In this document: positions 38,801-47,132 of the stretch, piece after piece
How the letters are laid out: the number at the start of each line of letters is the position of its first letter
How positions within the stretch are numbered: position 1 is the first letter of the stretch
Source of the DNA: Myxococcota bacterium
GTDB lineage: Bacteria > Myxococcota_A > SURF-8
Assembly (NCBI GenBank): GCA_965140415.1
Contig: OZ223209.1
Coordinates: 4,960,001-5,024,000 of the forward strand
DNA: 64,000 bases
Direction: 5' to 3'
The notes under the pieces: generated by a model
What the model saw: the letters and a program-made list of their open reading frames with translations, nothing else
Told to the model about the DNA's origin: nothing
The model's database searches: none
Position numbers and translations under genes: made by a program

Positions 38801-41800
38801 GGTCTTCCTTACTCCGATACCGGCGAAATGGCAAACTACTTGAACGATGTCTTTTTCTCCTCCAACGATGAAAGCTGTACGGGTTACGTCAACAGCGGAA
38901 AAGATGTCATTTACGCGGTGGAACTGGAAGCCGGGCAGGCTCTGAATGCGTCACTTGATGCCGATTTCGACAGCGCCCTTTATCTGCTCAGCAACTGTTT
39001 GAACGGCGAATTAGCCTCTGAACTATGTGTTGAAGGTTCCGACAGCGGAAACCCGGAAACACTTTCCGTAGTCATTCAAAACGCTGGCACTTACTACCTC
39101 GTAGTGGATTACTGGAATTCCGGCGGACCATCTTCGGGAAGTTATGAACTGAGTGTTTGGTCGGGCAGCGTAGACGGCGACGTGATCGACGGTGACGTGA
39201 TCGACGGTGACGTGGTCGACGGTGACGTGATCGACGGTGACGTGGTCGACGGCGATGTGGTGGACGGCGATGTCGTTTCTCCTTTCTGTCCGGGCTACAC
39301 CGGAACGAGCGATTGCTGCCGCCTGGACAACTCCTGCGACTGGGCGGAAGACGGCTGGTGCGATTGCGGCGGAACTTGCCCCTGGGATGTCGTAGATTGC
39401 AGCGTCGATGGTGACATTATCGACGGCGATGTGGTCGATGGCGATATGGTCGATGGAGATGTCATCGACGGTGACATGGTTGACGGCGATGTGATCGATG
39501 GCGACATTATCGACGGTGATGTACATCCTGATGACAACTATGAAGACAATGATTCTTTCGAAGAAGCCGTAGAGGGACCGCTTAGTATCACCCCGCTCTT
39601 CCTGGCCGACAACGACGACGATTATTTCTACTACGATGTCTGTCCGGGTGGCACCATCACCACGGACGTGTACTTCCTCCACGAGGATCTGGATATCGAT
39701 ATTATTCTTAGGGATTCCAGTAGCTCTGCCATTGGGTATGGAACGAGCAGTGATGACAATGAACACATTACCTGGATAAACAGCGGCGCAGAAACAGAAC
39801 GGGTCGTTCTTCAAATTGGACGTGCGGAAAGCGGTTGGGCAGAGTACATCCTGATGGTTACTATTGAGGATTGCGATGTTGATGGTGATGTGATCGATGG
39901 GGATGTGGTCGACGGTGATATTGAACCTGCATTGAACTGGGTACGACTATACCCCGACACGGTTCCCACCGCACGCTTCGGTCATAACATGGCCTATAAT
40001 CCGGATACCGGCAACACGCTGATGGCCTTTGGGCAAGGTAGCTATACAACCATGTACGAATGGGATGGTAGCAACTGGAATTCCGTGGTTCCAGCTCATC
40101 GTCCTACCGCATATCGATTCAACAGCATGGTTTATCACGAAGGGCTTGGAAAAATGGTGCTGTTCGGCGGCAATACCTGCTGCCCGAACGTATCCTACGC
40201 TGAAACCTGGCTTTTCGATGGAACGGACTGGGAACAGCTGATTACGGCGACCACACCGCCGGAGCGGCAAAATGCCGTGATGGCGTATGATTCCATCCGC
40301 GATGTCATTGTGATGCATGGCGGTTCCAACTACGACGACACCACCATTGTTGAGCTGAACGACACCTGGGAATTCGATGGAACCGACTGGAACCAGGTTG
40401 TCACAGACACAACGGGGCCAACCACAAACAGTGCCGCCATGGCATTCGATCCCATACTTGAGAAAATGGTCCTGGTGGATGGCACGGACACTTGGTTATA
40501 CGATGGAACAGACTGGGAAATGATTTCCCCGGCAACGGTCATTGGCCACCGCAGTTCGCCCGTATTGGCTTTTGATACCTGGCGTGGTGTAACGGTGCTG
40601 TTCGGCGGCAATTCCAGCTACGGCACGTTTGAGTTCGATGGCACGGACTGGACAGAAATCACCACGGAAGATTCACCACCTCTGACGTTAAACAATGGCT
40701 TCATGGTGTTCGATCCCATTGCGGGTCACATGTTGTTGTTCGGTGGTTCAGGTTGCGACTCCGGCTACTGTAACGAAACCTGGATCTACGGACCGGAAAG
40801 CATTGTAGACGGAGATGTCGTTGATGGTGATATTGTCGATGGAGACATTGTAGACGGCGACATCGTGGATGGTGATATTGTCGATGGAGACATTGTAGAC
40901 GGCGACGTGGTCGATGGTGACGTGATTGACGGCGACATTGTGGATGGCGACATGGTGGACGGTGATGTGGTAGATGGCGACGTGGTGGATGGCGATATTG
41001 TAGACGGTGATGTGGACAACAGTTGCATCGATGATTTGTATGAACCGAACGACAACGATGCGGAAGCAACGAGTGGCAACTGGTACGACTGGTCGGATCT
41101 GGTCATTTGCGGCGAGAACGAAGACTGGTTCGAGGTGTACATCGATCATTCCCATTACACCAATCATTATGCAGGCGATTCCACGATCGTCTACCTGTAC
41201 AATTCCAGCTTGACCCTGCTCGGCTCAACCGCTGACGATCCAGGCAGTTTCTTGAATGTTCAAGATTGCTTGCCTGCTGGAAACTACCTGTTGAAAGTAG
41301 TTTCAGCCACAGGAAGTGACGTTTCTAACTACTCTGTGTACATCGGAACATCTTCCTGCACGATTGACGGCGACATTGTAGATGGTGATGTGGTAGACGG
41401 AGATATCGTAGACGGTGATATCGTTGACGGAGACGTAGTGGATGGAGATGTCGTGGATTGCAGCGGATCTTGTAATCTCGGCGAATCCGACTTCTGTTCC
41501 GATGCAGACACCATCTGCACCTGCGAATTCAGCAAAGCTGTTTCAGGCTCCTGGACTGCATACAATTGCAATGACATCTGTGAATTTGGGGCACTGGGAT
41601 GCGGGTTTGATCCGGACACAGGAGCCTATTGCATGTGCAATGAACCCGATGGAGATGTGGTCGACGGCGACATCGTAGACGGCGACATTGTAGACGGTGA
41701 CATCGTGGATGGTGACATTGTGGATGGTGACATTGTTGATGGTGATGTCGTGGATGGAGATATTGTAGACGGCGATGCAGGACCTTGCCCAGAATGTGCG

Positions 41801-43312
41801 GACTTCCCCGGCCAGTATTGCATTTTGTCGCAGGAGGGCGCCGGTTGTGCTGCCTTAGGCGTACAGTATATTGTGGTTTCGGAAGATCCGGATACGGAAT
41901 GTGGATTCATTGTCACTTCCGTTCTGGATGGCCAGCCCAATGCAGACATACCAATGCAAGGATGTACCTTCGTCAACACACCATTCGGTGATTTCTGTAC
42001 GATTACCAGTCTTCCGGATGGAACTTTTACTGCGGATTGTTCCGGTATGTGCTCCTATGTTTTCAGTAAAGATGTCTGCGTTCCGGACGGCGATGTCGTC
42101 GATGGTGATGTCGCAGACGGTGATGTAGATACCACACTGGGTTTGCCCACAGAAGCGGGACAGTTGGTTATTACTGAAATCATGAATAACCCCAGTGTCA
42201 TTTCGGATACGTTTGGGGAATGGTTTGAAGTCTACAATCCAACATCCTTAACCTTCGATCTGAATGGCTTGTCAATCCAAGACGCTGGTTCCGACAACGT
42301 TACCGTAGAAGGCAGCCTGCTGATCGGTCCGCATGAATATCTGGTATTTGGAAACAACAGCGACACCGGAACCAATTCCGGCGTTGTTTTAGACTACGCC
42401 TACGCACCTGATGCATTTTATTTAGGTAACAGCGACGACGAAATCCACCTATATAGCGGGGATACATTAATCGATGCAGTCGAATACGATAACGGAGCAA
42501 CATTCCCGGACCCGATCGGACATTCGATGTATCTCGATGCTCTGAAAATTGGAGATGACAACAACGACGGAACGAATTGGTGCCAGGACTTGGAAAACCC
42601 ATACGGCGTTGGCGATAATTATGGAACGCCGGGAGTCGTCAACCCGCGCTGCCCCATGGGTGAAATCCTATGTGGTGAAGGCATAGCGATAGACCTGATC
42701 AATGGAACGAGAATGTGGGAAAACTACTCGCAATCTCATGCCGGCTTCGTGGGCCCTGAAAGTGTATACGCATTTACCGTACCGGATTGTCCGTTCCAAC
42801 TTTCCGTGGATGCCACTTTAATTACCAGTGGCTTCCCGGCAAGTTTGTTGGTACTGGAAAAGTTGGATCCCGGTACATTTATGGCTGGTACAGATTTGCA
42901 GGTGGCGGATCCTACGTTGAATCTGTATCTTACGCCGGGAGAGACCTATTATTTTGTCATTGACACCCCAATTGTCGACGTTTCCTTCTCATTGCAGCTC
43001 AGTATTGCATGTAATTGCCTTCCACCAACCTATCGCGTTCATTATTTTTCGGGTTGGACACCGCCCTACATGCACTACAGCCCCGATCTTGGTACAACAT
43101 GGACAGACCTTCCGGGAGCAGCCATGACCGCTGAAGGTAATGGTTGGTGGTTCAAGGATGTATATAGTTCCCTCGTCCTTCCATTGACTTTTGTTTTCAA
43201 TGATGGTGCCGACAACTGGGACAATCCTCCCGGAGGCGGAAACTACACGACCCTGGACCCGGAAGTCTGGGTGAAAGATGGAGTTATCTACACGTCGATG
43301 CCTGTTCGCTAG
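35828..43312 (+). CDS. Giant modular surface lipoprotein: DGD-x-x spacers, two lamin-tail-like domains, duplicated Cys-rich and PPC-like modules, kelch-like propeller, C-terminal CBM25/26-like domain
   Basis: Lipobox GVGC; more than 100 DGD-x-x units; lamin-tail motifs IFTEFLAN/ITEIMNNP...GEWxEVxN...GTPG; kelch-like FGG/ETWxFDG repeats; C-terminal YMHY...WT...PG...M...FVFNDG...WDN. Confidence 0.88.
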   Translation: MPSIRYLLLVWIIVMLSIYGVGCGGDDDPQEDGDLSEAESDATQPDGDDDMPVIPPDGDTADGDTADGDTADGDTADGDLIDGDKVDGDWIDGDGTDGDMVDGDGSDGDWIDGDWIDGDGEQFCSGCEEFAGTYCVAEATGSNCDAYPVEMVSIEEDDEIECGYTVTVFITGYSPQSVDVVGCDFQDESVLGVCSVSVDQGEILVDCSTICSAVLNQEACLTDGDGIDGDFIDGDVIDGDVIDGDVVDGDVIDGDVIDGDMIDGDVIDGDVIDGDVIDGDVIDGDVIDGDVIDGDIIDGDIIEYPAPAPGDVIFTEFLANTTGSVAEQLGEWMEVVNLTNETFGLGGLNLCDAVDGNCEVLPANLVIGPYEALIFAGSDDSGVNGGLTNVAYDFGFSLNNSGDKLRLIDGSPADGVLIDEVDASTWDQIAGVSWQLDPAHFDVLENDDASYWCLGSLQYLADGPHYGTPGTMNVSCEIVDGDGVDGDVIDGDMVDGDIVDGDIVDGDIVDGDMVDGDMIDGDIVDGDIVDGDMVDGDIVDGDIIDGDVVDGDVVDGDMIDGDMIDGDMVDGDVIDGDVVDCYGYGDCNAACINAGYDSGVCVDAIQGCTCNYASCEAYVCGTYYDNCSCAAADPCNWQGDDYCDDFCALVYPDDHFDDSADCSVDGDIVDGDMVDGDIIDGDVVDGDVVDGDVIDGDIIDGDIIDGDVIDGDVVDCYGYGDCNAACIDAGYDSGVCVDAIQGCTCNYASCEAYVCGTYYDNCSCAAADPCNWQGDDYCDDFCALVYPDDHFDDSADCSVDGDVIDGDVVDGDIVDGDIIDGDVVDGDIVPLSGENCGNAIAITGLPYSDTGEMANYMNDVFFSTNGESCTGYTNYGKDVLYAVELEAGQILNASLDANFDSALYLLNNCVNGELPAEMCVEGSDSGNPETLSVEIQDAGTYYLVVDYWNSSGPSSGSYELSVWTGSADGDVVDGDIGPLSGDNCGNAISITGLPYSDTGEMANYLNDVFFSSNDESCTGYVNSGKDVIYAVELEAGQALNASLDADFDSALYLLSNCLNGELASELCVEGSDSGNPETLSVVIQNAGTYYLVVDYWNSGGPSSGSYELSVWSGSVDGDVIDGDVIDGDVVDGDVIDGDVVDGDVVDGDVVSPFCPGYTGTSDCCRLDNSCDWAEDGWCDCGGTCPWDVVDCSVDGDIIDGDVVDGDMVDGDVIDGDMVDGDVIDGDIIDGDVHPDDNYEDNDSFEEAVEGPLSITPLFLADNDDDYFYYDVCPGGTITTDVYFLHEDLDIDIILRDSSSSAIGYGTSSDDNEHITWINSGAETERVVLQIGRAESGWAEYILMVTIEDCDVDGDVIDGDVVDGDIEPALNWVRLYPDTVPTARFGHNMAYNPDTGNTLMAFGQGSYTTMYEWDGSNWNSVVPAHRPTAYRFNSMVYHEGLGKMVLFGGNTCCPNVSYAETWLFDGTDWEQLITATTPPERQNAVMAYDSIRDVIVMHGGSNYDDTTIVELNDTWEFDGTDWNQVVTDTTGPTTNSAAMAFDPILEKMVLVDGTDTWLYDGTDWEMISPATVIGHRSSPVLAFDTWRGVTVLFGGNSSYGTFEFDGTDWTEITTEDSPPLTLNNGFMVFDPIAGHMLLFGGSGCDSGYCNETWIYGPESIVDGDVVDGDIVDGDIVDGDIVDGDIVDGDIVDGDVVDGDVIDGDIVDGDMVDGDVVDGDVVDGDIVDGDVDNSCIDDLYEPNDNDAEATSGNWYDWSDLVICGENEDWFEVYIDHSHYTNHYAGDSTIVYLYNSSLTLLGSTADDPGSFLNVQDCLPAGNYLLKVVSATGSDVSNYSVYIGTSSCTIDGDIVDGDVVDGDIVDGDIVDGDVVDGDVVDCSGSCNLGESDFCSDADTICTCEFSKAVSGSWTAYNCNDICEFGALGCGFDPDTGAYCMCNEPDGDVVDGDIVDGDIVDGDIVDGDIVDGDIVDGDVVDGDIVDGDAGPCPECADFPGQYCILSQEGAGCAALGVQYIVVSEDPDTECGFIVTSVLDGQPNADIPMQGCTFVNTPFGDFCTITSLPDGTFTADCSGMCSYVFSKDVCVPDGDVVDGDVADGDVDTTLGLPTEAGQLVITEIMNNPSVISDTFGEWFEVYNPTSLTFDLNGLSIQDAGSDNVTVEGSLLIGPHEYLVFGNNSDTGTNSGVVLDYAYAPDAFYLGNSDDEIHLYSGDTLIDAVEYDNGATFPDPIGHSMYLDALKIGDDNNDGTNWCQDLENPYGVGDNYGTPGVVNPRCPMGEILCGEGIAIDLINGTRMWENYSQSHAGFVGPESVYAFTVPDCPFQLSVDATLITSGFPASLLVLEKLDPGTFMAGTDLQVADPTLNLYLTPGETYYFVIDTPIVDVSFSLQLSIACNCLPPTYRVHYFSGWTPPYMHYSPDLGTTWTDLPGAAMTAEGNGWWFKDVYSSLVLPLTFVFNDGADNWDNPPGGGNYTTLDPEVWVKDGVIYTSMPVR
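37562..38225 (+). repeat. Near-identical duplicated Cys-rich module (CYGYGDC...ADCSV x2)
   Basis: Two copies of about 85 aa (~37562-37820 and ~37967-38225) that differ by one residue by eye (N/D), separated by a DGD tract. Confidence 0.85.
38315..39170 (+). repeat. Duplicated PPC-like module (x2)
   Basis: PLSGxNCGNAI...YYLVVDYWNSxGPSSGSYELSVW occurs twice. Confidence 0.8.
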
Positions 43313-43334
43313 CTCGTTTTAAGCGAAACGCACC

Positions 43335-43368
43335 AAGGCCGATCCTTTTCAGGGTCGGCTTTTTTTTG
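43335..43368 (+). terminator. Intrinsic terminator of the giant lipoprotein gene
   Basis: AAGGCCGATCC-TTTTCA-GGGTCGGCTT followed by a poly-T run. Confidence 0.8.
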
Positions 43369-43477
43369 TATTTTGAGTGGGTATCACTTGAAATTGGTTA
43401 CGGTTATGACCCTTCGTTCTGAGGCGAAGCCGAAGAATCTCTTATATACGAATTATTGTTCATCATTAGCGATGTAG

Positions 43478-43640
43478 TCTTGTAGCGGCGAGGCGTAAGC
43501 CCGCCGAAAAGCACTAGTTGATTTCAGGGTGGCGCGGGCTAAACCGCAGGTTTGCCCGTGTTCGAGGGCCACATGGGCAAGCTTCGTTTCCCTCCGCTTG
43601 GCCCATGCCACACGTCGGCTTACGCCTCGCCGCTACAAGA
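43478..43640. repeat. GTAG-type REP doublet (perfect 24-bp inverted repeat) enclosing a family A copy
   Basis: TCTTGTAGCGGCGAGGCGTAAGCC (43478-43501) and its exact reverse complement (43617-43640). Confidence 0.8.
43518..43612 (+). repeat. Dispersed palindromic repeat family A, copy 4
   Basis: TTGATTTCAGGGTGGCGCGGGCTAAACCGCAGGTTTGCCCGTGTTCG...CATGGGCAAGCTTCGTTTC...GCCCATGCCAC. Confidence 0.8.
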
Positions 43641-43682
43641 AGTCAAGAAAACACATATCGTTAAAAATGATTAAAAATCGCT

Positions 43683-44648
43683 CTACAACTCCCCATCACC
43701 ATCCGAAGTCGATTCCACTTCCGGCCAGAAATGCGCGTTACCGGCTGCATCCACCGGCTGGTGCCCACTCAAGTGACAGTTGTAGCAAGCTAGCTTGCTG
43801 CGAGCGGCGTAGGCGTCGTCTTCATAATGACAATACGAACAACTCGGCATGCCATCCGATTCCGGGTCCAGTGTGCCACGGCGCTGCTCGATGACATCCA
43901 GGTGCACCCCGTGCAACTCGTCGGAAATCGAACCGAAAAGATGGCAATAGGTGCAGGTGAGAATGTCACCGTGATATTCGGATGAGATCTGGTGACAGCC
44001 GCCGCAACCGGGATTGAGAGCCGAAAGGTTGAGACTCGCCAACTCGCTACGGAATCCGTTATTGAAAAACGTGCTGTGGCCGGTTTCGTGGTCGCTGAGC
44101 AGGTCATAGGGCTTCAACGAACCGGTAAAGGAAGGGGCATCTCCTTGCGAAGGCTCCATACCACTTACCGTTGCACTATCAGGTAACCAGTTGTGACATG
44201 AGGCAGCACAGTTCGCACCACCGGTAAATGCTGCCTGCCGGGCAGCATCACGGAAAGTCTTGACGGAATGTCCCAGGCCCAGTTCATCCACCGGATGACA
44301 ACCACTGCAATCGGAAAGTTCCGCCTCGCTGTGATAGCCGCGCTGGGGCCAGGTGATGCCTAAGTGAACGCCGGGAGCGGGCATAACCGGCTGTTCCCAC
44401 TCCAATCCGTTCCCTGCCTGCGCCATCCAGTCGCGCGCACCCAGTCCTGCCGTATCGACGATTTGAGACAGCGAACTCTGACTGTGACAGTCGGTACAGT
44501 TCGTGGACAGCGTCGGCAACACGATGGTTTCGCTTTCGGATTCTTCGTTGCCATCCATATCGCCATCGATACTCTCGCCGTTGTCGTCACCACAGGCCGG
44601 TAGACACAGCAGCAGCAACAGCAGCAAAAACGGAAGATGCCTTTTCAT
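43683..44648 (-). CDS. Multiheme c-type cytochrome lipoprotein (6 CXXCH + 1 CX3CH)
   Basis: Lipobox LPAC; CTDCH, CSGCH, CAASCH, CGGCH, CTYCH, CSYCH, CYNCH. Start at ATG 44648. Confidence 0.85.
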   Translation of the reverse strand: MKRHLPFLLLLLLLCLPACGDDNGESIDGDMDGNEESESETIVLPTLSTNCTDCHSQSSLSQIVDTAGLGARDWMAQAGNGLEWEQPVMPAPGVHLGITWPQRGYHSEAELSDCSGCHPVDELGLGHSVKTFRDAARQAAFTGGANCAASCHNWLPDSATVSGMEPSQGDAPSFTGSLKPYDLLSDHETGHSTFFNNGFRSELASLNLSALNPGCGGCHQISSEYHGDILTCTYCHLFGSISDELHGVHLDVIEQRRGTLDPESDGMPSCSYCHYEDDAYAARSKLACYNCHLSGHQPVDAAGNAHFWPEVESTSDGDGEL

Positions 44649-44680
44649 ATGATTTCCCTTTTTGGGGTTACATTGTGTTT

Positions 44681-45319
44681 TCATGGCATCCAGCCATCCT
44701 TGGTCATTTCCTGGCAGACCGCACGCCGGAAAGAACATTCCTCGATGTGCCGATATCCCAGGTTCGGTCCTGGATACTTCATGTAGTCCAAGCCGACGCC
44801 GTTATATGCCCCGCCGAAAAAGGCCGAGCGGATGGCGCGGTAGGCCATCGTTAAAAGAGGCATGGAAAGTTCCGCCTGCAATAACACCTGCAAGCGTTGG
44901 TCGTAACTACACTCCAAAAACGTTTTCTGATACTCGCCTTTTGCGGTCAGATCCATCAGCGTGGCTAGCGCCGCCGCCTGCTCTTTGAAAGGATAGTTTC
45001 CATCCAGCAGCATGTTCACGGCACAGGCATCCAGTCCGCCAGGCGCTCCGGTTGGGTCGATCTCCGCTCCCGGTACGATGGTATTGACGACTTCCGCCAG
45101 AATCTGCTCGGTTTCGCCTTCTGGAGTCATACAGGCATTGGGCAGCGGCGCACGAGTAAAACCGGGCGACTGGAACTCGGAAGCGGAAAGCACCTGTTGA
45201 GCGGCCATCGATCCGAGCAATAATCCCAATGACCAACCGCCCATCTTGTGCAGGAAGGCGCGCCGGTCGCAGGTGGTGTTTAATTCGGTCATGATATTCT
45301 GTCCTTTTACCCAAGACAT
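44681..45319 (-). CDS. Tat-exported gluconate 2-dehydrogenase subunit 3-like protein
   Basis: DRRAFL twin-arginine signal, TIVPG...PG and AFFG...G..Y..YPG pattern; start may instead be ATG 45292. Confidence 0.78.
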   Translation of the reverse strand: MSWVKGQNIMTELNTTCDRRAFLHKMGGWSLGLLLGSMAAQQVLSASEFQSPGFTRAPLPNACMTPEGETEQILAEVVNTIVPGAEIDPTGAPGGLDACAVNMLLDGNYPFKEQAAALATLMDLTAKGEYQKTFLECSYDQRLQVLLQAELSMPLLTMAYRAIRSAFFGGAYNGVGLDYMKYPGPNLGYRHIEECSFRRAVCQEMTKDGWMP

Positions 45320-45321
45320 TA

Positions 45322-46761
45322 TCAGCGCGACTTGACGATGTACGCCGCGATGCGTTCGGCATTGGCCGCAATGGTATGTGCCGGATTGACGCCCGTGCCT
45401 CCGGGAATCGCCGAACCATCGGTGCAGAAGATCCCGGGATGACTACGCAATTCTCCGTTTGCATCGCAGGGTGCCTTGTCCGCGTCATCGCCGATGCGGC
45501 AGGTCGCCAGCGGATGCGCGTCGCCGTGCTCGAAGGTGTCGTAGGCGGTACGCATCAGTTTCGCTCCGTTTTCGTTGGCGATACGCCGCCCGATTGCAGC
45601 GACTTTCTCAATATAATCGCGCATATGATCGGTCATCGGAATGTCGAATTCGAGCATTCCCTTGCTGTTGACCGTCACTTCGCCCTGACCATCCACCAAT
45701 CCGATGGCGAGGGTGGAAATCAAGCGGTCGGGATAGTTGTCTTTAAGAAACTGCTTGAATTCCAAGCCGAAGGGGATTTTCGGGGCGCTGCCGTCATCGG
45801 GCACGACATCCATTGCTGCAAATAGCGCAGGTGGTCCCGCGCCCGCGTGAATGGTTACCTTGGCTTCTTCCCAGAACGCATAGGTAATGACTCCGGCATT
45901 ATTACGCCCCATATAGGAGTAGGCTTTAGGGAACGTGTCGGGCAAGAGGAAAACCAGGGCTACATCCCCGTTTTGATTGAAGTTCTTCCCAACCTGCGGA
46001 TGCAAATCGGTCAAATAAGACTTGCTGCGCAGTAAAATCGCCGGGGTTTCCAGCGCACTTGCCGCCATAATGACGGTGTCGGAAAACGCCTTCTGCTCCA
46101 GGTTATGCGAATCCTTATAATATACGGCATAACCGGCTCCCTCTTTTTCAAGATGATCGACCCGGCAATTGACGCGAAATTCGGCACCTTTGGCCTCCGC
46201 CTGGGGAATGTAATTCTCTCCCAAATGCTTTTTCCGACCAAAGGGACAGCCGCACATGCAGAATCCGCATTGCAGACAATCCACAATCGGATACATAGTG
46301 CGGTCGCAGGTCAACCCCATATTATCCAGCAGCATGGCGAAGACACCTCCCGCCTTGGGCACGTCCGCCCAACTTGCGCGGGAAATCTGCATTTTCTCTT
46401 CGACCATCTTATAATATGGATCCAGCACCGAACGAGTGACGGATTTCGGCCATACCGAATATCCATTCTGATCCTTATAATCGAAGACTTCACTGGGAGC
46501 GCGCAACGATGCCGCTGCATAGGTCAACGAGCCACCTCCCAAGCCGCGACCATAGCGCATAAATACCTTGTAATCCTTGGAAGTATAGGCGACCGTCAAT
46601 TTTCCCTGGTTGAGCAGACTCCAGTCCATTTTGAAGTCTTTGGTGCTCATCCTGGGGCCTTGTTCCAAAACCAGCACCTTGCGGCCATCATCGGCCAGGC
46701 GTAATGCGGGAATGGAGCCGCCGAAACCGGAACCCACTATAATTGCGTCAAAGGTTTCCAC
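45322..46761 (-). CDS. GMC family flavin oxidoreductase with Fe-S-type Cys cluster
   Basis: IVGSGFGGS, VLVLEQG, GLGGGSL, CLQCGFCMCGC, HPLATC, DGSAIP and VNPAHTI. Confidence 0.88.
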   Translation of the reverse strand: METFDAIIVGSGFGGSIPALRLADDGRKVLVLEQGPRMSTKDFKMDWSLLNQGKLTVAYTSKDYKVFMRYGRGLGGGSLTYAAASLRAPSEVFDYKDQNGYSVWPKSVTRSVLDPYYKMVEEKMQISRASWADVPKAGGVFAMLLDNMGLTCDRTMYPIVDCLQCGFCMCGCPFGRKKHLGENYIPQAEAKGAEFRVNCRVDHLEKEGAGYAVYYKDSHNLEQKAFSDTVIMAASALETPAILLRSKSYLTDLHPQVGKNFNQNGDVALVFLLPDTFPKAYSYMGRNNAGVITYAFWEEAKVTIHAGAGPPALFAAMDVVPDDGSAPKIPFGLEFKQFLKDNYPDRLISTLAIGLVDGQGEVTVNSKGMLEFDIPMTDHMRDYIEKVAAIGRRIANENGAKLMRTAYDTFEHGDAHPLATCRIGDDADKAPCDANGELRSHPGIFCTDGSAIPGGTGVNPAHTIAANAERIAAYIVKSR

Positions 46762-47132
46762 CAGTTGCCGTCCTTTGATAGAAGGTGTAAATAAAATCTG
46801 TCTATTTGGGAAACGATGTGCAGAATTCTAACAAGATTAGCGTTATGCGTCAAGCTTGAGAATTTCAAATGGTGTTTATATACTGTGTCGAAATGGCAAA
46901 AATCAGGCGATTTCGTCTCATTCGGAACTGATTTATTTACCGATTGCAACCATTTCTATTTTGCTCCGAAATAAGGAGTTGATAATTTGTAATAAATCCA
47001 GTTGGTTACCTATGGGGGGAGATTAGAAATATTGCGGCTTTGCCTTGACTTTTCCGCTTCGACACATATATTATTCGGGTGCAATCGAAGTATAGGTTTT
47101 GCACTGTTGTACAGCTAACCAGAGGTGCGTGA

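Noticed and set aside
35852-42602. Minus-strand ORFs with (I/T/M)SPS(T/I) or HIAID repeats, including 37019..38635
   Set aside because: Antisense shadows of the DGD-x-x repeats in the giant plus-strand gene.
43403-43442. TTCTGAGGCGAAGCCGAAGAATCTC, resembling half of another REP-like palindrome
   Set aside because: Single degenerate half-site with no partner or second copy in the window.
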